Part shown: positions 12,076 through 23,645 of the stretch, piece after piece
Numbering within the stretch: position 1 is the stretch's first letter
Layout of the letters: each line of letters begins with the position of its first letter
Origin: Hydrolagus affinis
Lineage: Eukaryota
Length of the DNA stretch: 63,629 bases
Reading direction: 5' to 3'
NCBI GenBank assembly: GCA_012026655.1
Contig: JAAILG010001644.1
Coordinates: 1-63,629 of the forward strand
The notes under the pieces: model-generated
What the model saw: the letters and a program-made list of their open reading frames with translations, nothing else
What the model was told of the DNA's origin: nothing
Databases searched by the model: none
Made by a program: the position numbers and the translations under genes

Positions 12076-12129
12076 TATTGTCAATGTCCATTTCACTTCC
12101 AGATCAGTTGCTCACTCAAGTTACTTTTC

Positions 12130-12525
12130 ATTTGCAAATTCAGACAGTGAGAACAACACATTTGGTAATGGGGATGGATGGGCTGTGGGTTTGAAACATG
12201 AAAGCTAAACCTAATAAGTCCTCATCCAACATTAATATGTGCGTTATACCAGGGGTCATTAGACAATGATCAGTATCAAAAATCCTGGCTGTGATTTGTT
12301 TTGCCTTTCACTTCTGGTGGACACATGGATGAATCGAAAATGCCCCCCAAAATATCAGAGAACAAGATCGAGCCCAACTCTGATGTTTCCTCCATTTTTC
12401 CTCTCTCCCCATCATCATATTAACCCAATGACACTCACTGTCTAGAATCACTCATGGAGAGTGATAGTTTTGGCAAAGGTTGCCAGCACTCAAGGAAAGG
12501 TCAGTACCTCCAGGAGAGGAGAACT
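12130..12525. mobile_element. Two SINE family B fragments in inverted orientation (minus 12130-12300, plus 12360-12525)
   Basis: ccaggggtcattagacaatgatcag...aatcctggctg (minus); gacactcactgtctag...cctccaggagaggaga (plus). Confidence 0.5.
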
Positions 12526-13129
12526 TTGGCAAAAACAAATCTGCACATCCCAAAGGGAAATTGGTAAGACAGATGAATGAGAAGAAATGGAAATTAGCAA
12601 AATTGGATTTGTACCTGGATAGAAACAAAGAGACAGACTGACACAAAATAAAGACTGCAATAAACAAAAAAAAAGCATAAACAACCGGAAAGAATAAGTC
12701 AAGACACCAATAAATGAAGAGAGATGGGTAGTTATGGATAAGAAGGTTGTTTTAGTAGATGAAGGATCATTTCATATTAGTTATTCAAAAGGACTATTCG
12801 GTAAAGAACGGCAGGTGAAGCTGACATATCAAGAGCAATATTCACTCCTCTCAAGGCAAATGATTCAATATATGAGTCAGCTGGAATGGTCTTAAACTAT
12901 AGTAAAATATAAATTGGGACAAACTACAAAATTGGAAAAGAGAAGTCAATGAAAGGCAGCAAGTTGGATGCAAATAAAAAGAGGTTTCAATCTGTTGCGC
13001 TGTTTCTTACCCAGTGATAGTTAGGATTAACACGCATGAACTGTTCCACCCTCTGTCATGGCCAATGTGTCACCCATTAGGAAGAGAACAGAAGCTGTGG
13101 GTTCTGAGAAGACATATTTCCTTCTACTG

Positions 13130-13395
13130 GGATATGGTTCCATGGGTGCCAGTCACCCTTCAGTGCAGATTATTCATCTACAGTCATATTACAGGCACCT
13201 CCAGCTAGGTCAGTAATCAGGAAAAAGCCTCTCTGGGTGATATTTCTCTTTCTAACCCTGGAAACTGAGGCCAATTATAGGGTCCTTAATGCCATTCCAG
13301 CTGAGAGCAACTAACTCCACATTAGTACCTGGGTCATACCTGGTCTGCAAGGCTCTGCCACTACTGGATAGGCTGACTGAACCATCAGAGGAGTT
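13130..13395 (-). mobile_element. SINE family B copy
   Basis: tggttccatgggtgccag...actgaggccaattatag...cagctgagagcaactaactc...cctggtctg...ctgaaccatcagaggag. Confidence 0.62.
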
Positions 13396-14309
13396 CAATG
13401 AATACATTTAAATGGCATTAAGTGAGACTTGCTCTTTGCCGTCTTTAAACCTGAGTGATACATTATTTTCAATGCTTGATTGAGTGTGGCAGGTTAAATT
13501 TAGTTCCAGGGTTCTTCCAAGTGAAGCAAATAAAATGATCCTGAGAACAAGGTGGTGAAAGGCCAGGCCAACAAATAAGAGGAAAGCAGAACTTGCAACT
13601 TCATAGTGTCTTTTACGTCAAAATGTCTTTTACAATAATTATTGTTCGAGGTAGTGACTGTTTTTTTTGTATTTGCAAAGAAATGCTTTACAACTGTTCT
13701 CTTTGTGTGCCAGTCATTTGAGTAACCTCCCAAACCACATTAAACGCCCTTCAGAGAAAACATTCCTTGAAATGTCACGGTCCAAAAAGCACCACCATAC
13801 GCTGCTCCTTATTTTCCATGAAGTGTTGGTTTCATAGGAATTAATTAGCATTACCTGAGTTAATTATACCAGCAGACCAATCAACTGGTCCTTTGCTAAT
13901 TAGGTTTCCTTCATTAATGCCGGAAATTGCCATAGCGACAACAGTCACCTGGGGGAACATATGAGGTAGCAGATACTTGTGCCAATTTAATAAAAACATT
14001 TAAAAAAAATTATTAAAAAAAGGTAGAATGTTTACTTCTTTTCAGGATTAAAAACACACAGAAATATCTCCTCAGGTTTCATTACCCTGGGGTTTATGGG
14101 CATCATTACCAATTTAAATTAGGAAACTTGGTGTCATTTTATTTGTTAAAGCATTTACAAGTGCAGCAGAATACTTTAGGCACACAAAGACTCACGCCTT
14201 CTGCTGTTGTCTATTTCTGATAGCAATCATCAGTACAGCAAATTTTTCTTTTTCACAATTTCAAGCCCTCCATGTACCCTTATTAATAATCTCCGCATCC
14301 CAACACAAT

Positions 14310-14466
14310 CAGGAGTAAGAATATCTAGTCTAAGGGCACTGAAATCAACTGAAGTGCCTGCACCACTGCCGAGCTTGGATCCAGTGGAGCCATCCCGGGT
14401 CTGCATAGATTAGTACACAATACCAGGCTGTGTATTTGTGTGTTCACCAACTGAGCCATCGGGAGC
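14310..14466 (-). mobile_element. SINE family B 5' fragment
   Basis: caccaactgagccatcgggag (reverse complement of the head); atcaggag...agggcactga. Confidence 0.52.
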
Positions 14467-15409
14467 TATCTTATTCATATTCTTTTTTCCTGTGGAGATT
14501 CTTTCCTCAATGGGGTTTAAAACATTAATTGGGGGTGAAATCCAACCTCTGCCATTCATTTAATTATAATTGAAATATGAACTATTTTAATTTTATCAGT
14601 TTTCCTGTCCCTTCCAACTAAATCCTGGGTGAATTACTTAATCAATTACAAAATGATGCTCAGAGCTGCTCCTCTTGGTCTCAGTTCAATGGGTTCTGCC
14701 GGGAAGTCAATATGTGTGACTCTTAACGCGTAAAGACTGGATTGGATGATGGTCTCTCCTAGTTCACTGTTACTCACAATCTAGGCTCACAGCCATTTAC
14801 ATGAGGTACCACAAGTCAATGCCTTTCTGGTGAGGAGATAATTAAACTATATACACCACATCCTCCCCATGACTAAAATCAAATTACTGTACTTGGGGTG
14901 AAATGTGTTCAGAAAAATTGGAAAAAATGTTGGATAGCAAAAGCACTTTTTTCTTGGCAAGCGGCTTTTACACTTTGTCTAAGATCGAAACGCAGAATTA
15001 AAAACAGCTAGCCCAAGGAGTCAGCAACATGTAACACCCAATGTGCATGTATGTAACTTGAGTTCAGCTTGCAAATGAAAGCATTTCCTGGTTAAGAGAT
15101 CTTAATGCAGAATCCAGTTATTGAGCAGAGATTATCAGAAAGCATGTGCATTGGAAACAATTATTGTTTTCTTTAGTGTGAATGTGAAGTGTAAGGCAGC
15201 CTTGGCTCGATTTGATAGCTTCTGCGGCTGCAGTTGTAACGTGCTCATGTGTGCCGCCCTCCCAATTTTTATGGCTGCGGTTAGTTAAAAATCATCAATT
15301 ATATATTCCTTTTTATCATGTATTTCTGACATATGCTGCATCCTATCAATCTCAAGGAGACAGGTAGATAAAAATGTTCAGTTGTTGTTTAGTTAAAAGC
15401 AAATGCATT

Positions 15410-15630
15410 GTGCTGAGTTAGCTGATCTTCGCAAAGGTGGCAGTGGGGGTTGCGGGAAGGGGGATCAGCTAAATCTCTGTTAGTGCCCTTGGGCCACAGA
15501 GGGATAAATCAGTTTCTTGCTATGCACTTATCAGTGGCTGTACATAGATGTTGAGTTAGGAGAGAGCCAGGGTTAGCTATAATGTCCCATGTCCACCATA
15601 CTCAAGGAAGCTGCTCAAACTCACTGTATA
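15410..15630 (+). mobile_element. SINE family B fragment
   Basis: tgtgctgagttagctgatctt...ggtggcagtggggg...agtgcccttgggc. Confidence 0.55.
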
Positions 15631-15699
15631 TCACAATATTTATTGCATTTGATGTAGCACTTTATATAAAAACATCTCCTGGCTGGAATCATCCAGGTA

Positions 15700-16130
15700 A
15701 AATTGGTCATTCACCTCATTGCTTTTGGGGGGATATTGCTGGTTGCAAATTGGCTGCCAAATTCATAGACAGTCGCTACACATCCTAGTTAAAAAAAATT
15801 CAGCGAAATGTTTTTTTAACCAGGAATTGATTCTTTTTTGGACATCTCGATGAAACGATAAGACGCTATATCAAATGAAAGGATTATTCCTATTATCCCA
15901 AAGTGCTTCACGCAATGAATTGATTTCAAGTGTAGTAATTACACGCAAACATTGCTGATGCAGCTAATCTGCACCGGCAACAACCCATAAACAGCAATGA
16001 GAAGCACAACCAACGCACTGTATTACTTTGGTGAATCTGGAATGAGGGAAGAGTAACGACTAAGACCAAAATAACTCCCTGTTTTTCTTTGAAGTAGCCC
16101 TGCAGGGTTAAAATTTATCTGGGCTACCTG
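15700..16130. mobile_element. SINE tails tail-to-tail (plus 15700-15895, minus 15895-16130)
   Basis: aattggtcattcacctcattgct...aagacgctatatcaaatgaaaggattatt, then cccaaagtgcttcac...cccataaacagcaatgaga. Confidence 0.6.
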
Positions 16131-17174
16131 AAAAGGTAGGTGCAACAAGGTCTTAAAAGCTTTATCCTGCTAAGTACTGCAAGATCACACATTAGGAACT
16201 TGCGCTCTCTTACTGGAGACTGTCTTGCTCTGATTGAAACAGGTCTCAGCATGAGTGCATGTGTTCATGAGAGGAGAGGGTAAGGAAAGTGATGAGAACA
16301 ATAGATGGCATATGTAAGTGTTGCACTGCCAGATCCCATACAAAGGCACAACACACAGACCATAACCTATAGCATTTGACAGAGGGCTCTATCACAAGCT
16401 AAAACAAACCATATTTATGATCCTTCCCATTGTAAAAGACACGGTGGGAAGAGGGCTATTTTCAGCGATCACCCAATGTTAGACCACAGCAAGACTCCGT
16501 CTGCAATCGTTCACAAACAGGCCGATAGACTACATTGAAAAACATATAACTAGATTCAAATTGTTCATCCAATTAAAAGCTGCACATGAAAATTGTTCTT
16601 CATATCCCTTACCCTGTTTCAATTTGAGAACATCAATCTTAAAATATCATTTTGGAAGACACGAGTTAATGGACCAAATGATTTTGTGTTGGTTAAAAAA
16701 AACATCAAATTGACTTTGCAAGCCACTTCTCAAGACTCCTGTCAGAGTGCCTTACCAACCACACATGTGCTTTCTTAAATAATACATTCAGCATTCGAAA
16801 CACACAAAAAAACGAGTGTGCTTGTTCTAAAAATCAAAACATTTTTTAAAAGGCCAGATATTTTTAGCTCCCATTCATCCCTTCCTTTGTCTATTTCTGC
16901 TGAAGGGATATTTTTGTTTACAAGTGTTAATGACATCATTGGGGAGCTCATCAGGCGGAGTTCCTGAGACTAACAGTGAGGGGAGCTGGATTAACATCAG
17001 CAGTTACACTTAGCAGCGCTCGCTGATCGAGTGGAGTTATTGAGAATAACAGAGTAACTGAGCATCTGAATAAATATAAATTAATCTGAGATAGTTTTGT
17101 GCAATGCAAATTCTACCTGACTAACCCAATGGAGTACTTTCACTAAACCATTCAGATGATCGGTATAGGAGGAT

Positions 17175-17350
17175 TGATGGATCAAGTTTATATGGCTTTT
17201 CTGAAGGGGTTTGATAAGGTGTTCACTACAATTAAAGCTGATACAGTCAGAAATGCAGGGAACTGACTGCGTGGAATTAATGAGCGGGAAGCAATTGAAC
17301 TAATATAAGTGTCGGGGTTTGGTAACCTCTTTCATCCGGTATCCTATGTT
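17175..17350 (+). mobile_element. Highly decayed CR1 RT fragment
   Basis: Translates MDQVYMAFLKGFDKV, resembling the CR1 RT motif VDVVYxDFxKAFDKVPH. Confidence 0.45.
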
Positions 17351-19529
17351 AATGCCCGGATTAAAGTTGTGTAAGGTTTTATGCCCTGAGTGGCTACTCT
17401 CAGCTAACTGCTCAGAAGATTTTGTGACTTTGTTATTTTTTGTAAAATATTCAAATGGAAATCAACAAGCTGGCAGAATGTTTATGAAGGACTCTAACCA
17501 CTCTTTGAGTTCTAGCAGATGCGTATCACTATTGTACACACTAGTGATGTTTTGTATACAAGTACAGTCTGGGAATCGAAGCTGGGACCTTCTGAACTGC
17601 GTGGCACTGTTCCTCTTTAAGAGCTTTTTTCAGCCAGGTCATTAGGGATTCTATCGTATTTTTTATGCAAACAACTGAATCCGCTTTCTCTTTTGGCATA
17701 TCCGCAGACTCCCTCTCTAATAGCTGCCAGAATAAATGGAGAATATTAATCCCATCACACTGCCTGCCTGGGTGCACAAGTGCTACCAAGAAGATTTGGT
17801 AGGTTAAGTGGCTTTTTTTGAATCCTTTTCACCTAGACTGACTTGACAGTTCCCTAACCTCAGCTTCCAATGCTCAGCTCTGTGCAGACAGCCTGATGGA
17901 CCCTGGTCGCATGGAGGAGGGGGGGCGAAAGGAACATTCTGATGCTTCCCACTTATGACACGATTGATTTTCTGTCAGTGGACTTCACTCGGGGCTCGCT
18001 GGTGGCTGCCTGACTGAACCCCCAGCTCACTCTGACCTCAACACATGGCTACTGTGCGGCTGAGCACTGCTGACGGCAGAGCACTCAGAAATCAATAGGG
18101 CCTGTCACTCAACAGAGAAACAAACAGCTTTAAAAACCAATCACGGCACAGGATACTGGACCCTATTTCTCAACTTGAGAAATCAACAATATTTGTTTTT
18201 GTTTCATTCTCCGCTCTATTAAAATGTCTGTAACATATGGAAACATTTGCCTTTGATGTATGCTGCATATCACGATGGTGTGTTTTTTGCTTCTCGTCTT
18301 CATGTTATTCTTTATAAGTGAATCGGTCCTTCAGCTGATAGCCTATTGAGATGGATCAATTGTGAACCTACTTGAGAGGTGGTGTAAGAGAGATCAGTTT
18401 AAGATGAAGCTGGATTTTACATTGTAGGAGCGCAGGGTCATCAATTAAACAAACATACAACCTCTTCTCATCACTCTTATTCTGTGGTGGACAACATATT
18501 TCTTAGTGTAACACTGTATGTGAAATCCATGGGGTACTCAAGCTTTGTACAGCTGAAGCCTGTTAATTGGGAAGTCAGAGTGATAAAGGAACAGTGTCCT
18601 ATAAACCACACTCTGAGCCAACCTTGCTTATGGGTAAATCCCTTGGTTGTTTATTCACTGGCAGACACACTGGTAAAGGCAGCCTCTGAAAGCACAGTCC
18701 CCAGCCTCTGCAGTAACCCCACACTGTAAAACTGCATCTCATTGTAGATATAGTTTACCAAATTGAAACCTGGCTACGTAAACTGAAAAGCTACAACAAT
18801 CCAAATGCCCTCCCTCCAAAAAATACATCTCAATATAATTTGCAAACAACTGTAATAAAATAAAACCTTTGTGTTTCTCTAGCTGGGCTTAGAAAGTATT
18901 TGTAGAATTTTTAGTTCCAAGCCAGTATAATTTCTGATGGGGCACCATTTCTCCCCACACCCCCTCCTCCAATTAACCTTTGGCACAGGGCCCCTGAAAG
19001 CCTCAGGCTGCCACTGATTCATATCATCCACATTAAGTAACATCCATCAATACTAATTTAAATACACCAGCAATCAATTGGTGCCTGAGAAACTGTCCCC
19101 AGTAAAATAAAACCCCTCCCAATCCAGTATTAAGCACATCCCAATAAGTGGTTTTAACTAGATTTAATTTACTCCACTTCTCACAGGATTTCTGGCAATA
19201 TATGGTTTGCAACCGATGCAGTACATTGCAAGACAAATTTTCTTTAACCAAAGCATTTAATATTAAACTTACAGTTTACTACTGATATTGCAACATCCGA
19301 ATACGACTTTCAATGAAATGAGGATAATTTGGAAGGGAGGAGTGAAGGGAATGAGGGAGAAATGCCTCACAAAGCGTCTGATCCATTCACCCTTCAAGCT
19401 GCAGTGTCATTACAAAGCCAAAGCACAAATAAAGTGGGGGTGCATTTGATTACAGTGTTTTATTCCAAACATCGCGAAGAGTTTAATGTAATGATATTAA
19501 GACACTTTGACTCTCTTTACATAGCAAGC

Positions 19530-19680
19530 ACAACAGATGATCTGCACCAACAATGTCCTACAAACAGGAATGTGATGAAAGACAAGTCAATCTTACTTTG
19601 GATTCATTTGGAACAAGGAAGGAATATTGGGTAAGACACCATAGAATCTTTAGTGTCCATCTGAGCAAGCAGACTTGCGT
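19530..19680 (-). mobile_element. DeuSINE-like fragment
   Basis: ctgcaccaacaatgtcctacaaacaggaatgtgatga...ggaaggaatattgggtaagacacc...atctttagtgtccatctgag. Confidence 0.5.
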
Positions 19681-20479
19681 CAAAATCATAGTGTGGCGCG
19701 TGATCACATAACCTTCTGATACAGAGGCAAGAGTCTCACAGTTGAACCAATGTAGCAGAATATCTGTGGACTTGTTTTACTTTCCAGTTGTGAGCTGAAA
19801 TATTGGAAGATTGCAGTAGAGACTGAAAGAAATGCCCCATGAGAGGCAGCCCCAAGAAAACCTGGGACATCAGTGGCTTCACTGTTGAGGGAAAGGGAGA
19901 CAGGATATGAACCTGAGACTACATAAAGCTCCTGGTGTTTGCTGAAACATTTGCAACAGTCTGAAAAAATTGAAGTGACCATCAGGCACTCTGGCCTTAC
20001 GTCTATCTCCTTCAGCACTTCAGCTTCTTAAAAGCCAAAATGTCACCCTATTGATCGCTAGAGAAGCTTGTCCTATTAAGTACATGGGACATTTTTCATT
20101 AACGTGAATGGTTTTACAGTCCACATCCCCATTTTCACCACTGCAAATGTTAACCTGTCTGCCACTGTTAATTTATTAAAGACAGCTGCCAAGGAACATT
20201 ATAATCCAATTTATTTAAAGAAGCTATAGAGTTCTTTTATTGAAATAATACTCAGGTATTCACTATCTCTGGGTATATATATTTTTTTAATCAATAATAT
20301 TTCCCTTCTCCCGAAGCCACTAACTCTTTGAATAGATTTTCTGGCTCAAGCCAGCCTACAGCAACCGGAGCTTGTGGAAGGTGGTGCAGGGCATTGAAAA
20401 TGTCTAGTCCGGAGGTGACAATCTTCGTACAGATAACAGTTAGGTCTATTTGATGCAGATCTCTAAAACTATCAGCCTT

Positions 20480-20534
20480 CAACATCAACAATAACAAAAT
20501 TACATTTGTATAACCCCTTTCACATTGGGAGGAC
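20480..20534 (-). mobile_element. L2 3' tail
   Basis: aacaataacaaaattacatttgtataacccctttcacattgggaggac. Confidence 0.78.
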
Positions 20535-20546
20535 TAAATAAAGATT

Positions 20547-20742
20547 GTGACCTCTGGACTGGACTATTCCAATGCCTGGTTCGCTGGCCTCCCCGGTTCT
20601 ACCTTCCACAAGCTCCATACCATCCAGAACACCACAGCCAATGTATTCTCCTGCTCCAGGCTCCACAAACCTATCACCTTCAGCTTTAAAAACCTTGTGG
20701 CCCACCTTAGCTCTGCGATCTTCTGTGCCATTGTTGTTGTTG
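20547..20742 (+). mobile_element. L2 ORF2 C-terminal fragment
   Basis: VTSGLDYSNAWFAGLPGSTFHKLHTIQNTTANVFSCSRLHKPIT; ends in (TTG)4. Confidence 0.8.
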
Positions 20743-20834
20743 TAAAGACATAATGAAAAGATTACTATTTAGAGAGGCTTGATAAGAACCACCATGGGTG
20801 TATCTGGCTGTGTAGGATAAGAGAAGGAATCGAG

Positions 20835-21071
20835 TAACCCTCATTTCAACATCATTACAATAATAACCTGTCCAAAAAAAACACAATAATAAAATTGGTA
20901 ATTTTCAATCCACGACTGTTTGTGGGGACACTGCTGTGTGCAATTGGCTGCCGCGTTTCGCCAACAAATATAGTCAATTCACTTTACAGTATATTCTGTG
21001 AAGCGCTTTGAGACGTTGATAAGATGTGAAAAGCGCTATATCAAATGCAAGGATTATTATTATTATTATTA
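20835..21071 (+). mobile_element. SINE family A, 5'-truncated
   Basis: gactgtttgtggggacactgctgtgtgcaattggctgccgcgtttcgcc...gtgaaaagcgctatatcaaatgcaagga(tta)n. Confidence 0.85.
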
Positions 21072-21285
21072 TGTCCACACATATGGCACTTTCCAGGATG
21101 GGATTCTGAGATCAATTTGTAGGAACACCAGCAGATTATTTCCCCAGCCAAACCGACTGGTACTAAAACATTGGTAATATCCCAACTGCTACTGTAGCTA
21201 ACTCAGCACTACCTTGTGTCTTCCTGGTCTGGGTGGCTCAGTTTCAGATAAGGCAGTGGCTTCACCATCTGAGCCATCAGGGAGT
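21072..21285 (-). mobile_element. SINE family B fragment
   Basis: gtccacacatatggcactttccagg...actcagcac...cttcctggtctgggtggctcagt...ctgagccatcagggag. Confidence 0.6.
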
Positions 21286-21589
21286 CAGATGGTATTGCAC
21301 AACAGATGCAATGCCGAGCTGTTCCCATCCATCACTGTCCTCTAGCTTCCTGTACTATGGCCATTGTGAAATGGGAGAAACACATGTGCTTCCAAGCAAG
21401 CACGTTCATCTGCATTCATTCTATTTTATCGTCACAATTTTTTAATTTCAAACTTTTACATGTTTTTGATTTGGCAGACTGATATGAAACCAATTACTGC
21501 ACCGTACATAATCTATGAGAATACATAATACTTACAGTAATTGTTATATTTGTTTGGTGACTTTCACGTCAGGCACCTCCAATAACCAA

Positions 21590-21762
21590 ACAGAGTTTTC
21601 CGCAGTGTCTTGGCCAACAATTCCCCAGATAAGACATGTCTCTTTGTGAGACATTGCTGGAGGAATACAGTCACCACACTTCACAGCGTAAGGTAAGCAC
21701 TGAGATATTTTGAAGACGTGAGAAACTCCTGCCTGGACATCAAATGCAGTGATTATTATTAT
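21590..21762 (+). mobile_element. DeuSINE-like 3' fragment
   Basis: gagttttccgcagtgtcttggccaacaattccc...acagtcaccacacttcac...atcaaatgcagtgattattatt. Confidence 0.5.
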
Positions 21763-22114
21763 TCTGTAATGGGTTTCCCAAAACTTTTACCCAATATTCC
21801 AACCACGGACTAACCAAGGTCTTAAACTTTACTAAGACCAAAAACTAAGGTCTTTATCTCCTTGCTCTCATTTTCTATGCTTGAAAACCAAATGTTCCTG
21901 CCAATAGCTTCCTAAAACCAAACCCATGATTTTCCACGCAGCAAAATGCTTGTCATTGCATTCCCAGAGCCCATTTTCTGATGATTCATCGCAGCTATCA
22001 CAATTATCACAGTTGCGATTATTACAAAAGAGAAGTAAACAGATGGTGCAATTCTCAAGACCTAATTCAAAGAGATGTACTGGGAGCAATGTGGAGAACT
22101 ACCTTCTTTAATAG

Positions 22115-22230
22115 CAATGTTTCGCCTACAAATATACAGTCAATTCACTTGACAGTATATTCTGTGGAGCGCTTTGAGACGTCTAGAAGACGTGAAAAGC
22201 GCTATATCAAATGCAAGGATTATTATTATT
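22115..22230 (+). mobile_element. SINE family A 3' tail
   Basis: ctgtggagcgctttgagacgtctagaagacgtgaaaagcgctatatcaaatgcaaggattattattatt. Confidence 0.85.
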
Positions 22231-22718
22231 AAGAAAGAGTTCACAGAAAGTGTAAGGGTACTGGATGTGACATTTGACCAGCCTGTAATGGCTCTCAGTG
22301 TTGCACTGAATGAAGCAGCATCTTTGCTAATTTGGCTTGGTGAGACTGACAATCAGTGGGTATAACAGTCACCAACAAACATAACGATCAGAATTCTGCG
22401 CACTTGTCAATGTGACAATCTAGTTATAAGCAGGAGTGTGTGTCATTTAGAGCCAGCTTCATATATTTCATTACTCGGGGCACAATGAAGAATGGATCTT
22501 TCAGCAATGCTGCTGTATGTTGTGTGTGCTGCACTGAGGGTTACAGTAATAAGCATTCACTTTCAACATCACAGTTTAAAGAAAACTCTCGGACTGCAAA
22601 ATTGCGTTGATAGTTTATCTTGCTCTAATAAAGGCACAGCACAATTATTATTGTCTGTTGGCAAAAGAAAACCCTTTCTGGCTAATCTAACATCTCTATC
22701 TCAAGTTGCACAGTCGTA

Positions 22719-23645
22719 TACAGAATCATAGAGTTTTACAGCACAAAAGGAAGCCATTCGGCCCATCGAGTCAATGCCAGCTCTTTGAAAAGAGCTATTC
22801 AAAGTCAGTCCCACTACCCAGCTCTCTCTCCATAACCCCACAAACCGATTCTCCCCAAATAACCATCTATCTCACTTCTAAAAGATGTTATCGAATCAGC
22901 CTCCACCATCCTTTCAGGCAATGCCTTCCAGAATCAAACAACTCGTTACGTGAAAAAAATTCTCCTCACCTCGTTTCTGCTTCTTTTAGAAGCTATCTGA
23001 AATCTGTGACCTCGAGTTCACTGACACCTCCACCAGTGGAAACAGTTTCCCTATCGAATCCCCTCATGATTTTGGAAACGTCGGATAGGTCTCCTCGTAA
23101 CCTTTGAATCTTTAAATCTGTGATCACGAGTCATTGATATGCTCATCAGTGGAAACAGTTTTTCCCCATCTACTCTGTCGAATCCCCTCATGATCTTAAA
23201 AACCTTTGTTAGGTCTCCTCGCAACCTTCTCTGCTCCAATGAGAATAATCCTCGTCTCTTTAACCTTTCCTCATAACTGAAGTCCCTCATTCCTGGTATC
23301 ATCCTAGTAAATCTCCTTTGCACCCTTTCCAATGCCTTAACATCCTTCCTAAAGTGTGGTGACCAGAATTGTACACAGTACTCTAGCTGAGACCTAACCA
23401 GCGTTTTATACAGATTAATCATAACTTGCTGACTTTTGTACTTTATGCCCCTATTTATGAAGCCTAGTATCCCATATGCTTTTTTAACAGTCTTATCCTG
23501 GCACTTTCAAAGATTTACTTAGATGAACCCCCAGGTCTCTCTGTTCCTTTACCCCCCTTAAGATTGTACTATGTAGCTTATATTGCCTCTCCTCATTCTT
23601 CCACCCAAAATGCATCACCTCACATTTCTCCACATTAAACTTCAG
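22719..23645 (-). mobile_element. CR1 LINE 3' ~0.9 kb with an internal duplicated segment
   Basis: LYKTLVRSQLEYCVQFWSPHFRKDVKALERVQRRFTRMIPGMRDFSYEERLKRRGLFSLEQRRLRGDL; tail agaatcataga. Confidence 0.93.

Noticed and set aside
13011-13052. Minus-strand RVEQFMRVNPNYHW before a gtaaga donor, faintly like the end of an HMG box
   Set aside because: Poor acceptor, an in-frame stop just upstream, and no other HMG-box exon found.
20001-20026. Minus-strand micro-exon candidate AEVLKEID
   Set aside because: Too short to identify, no supporting neighbours, and not frame-preserving.
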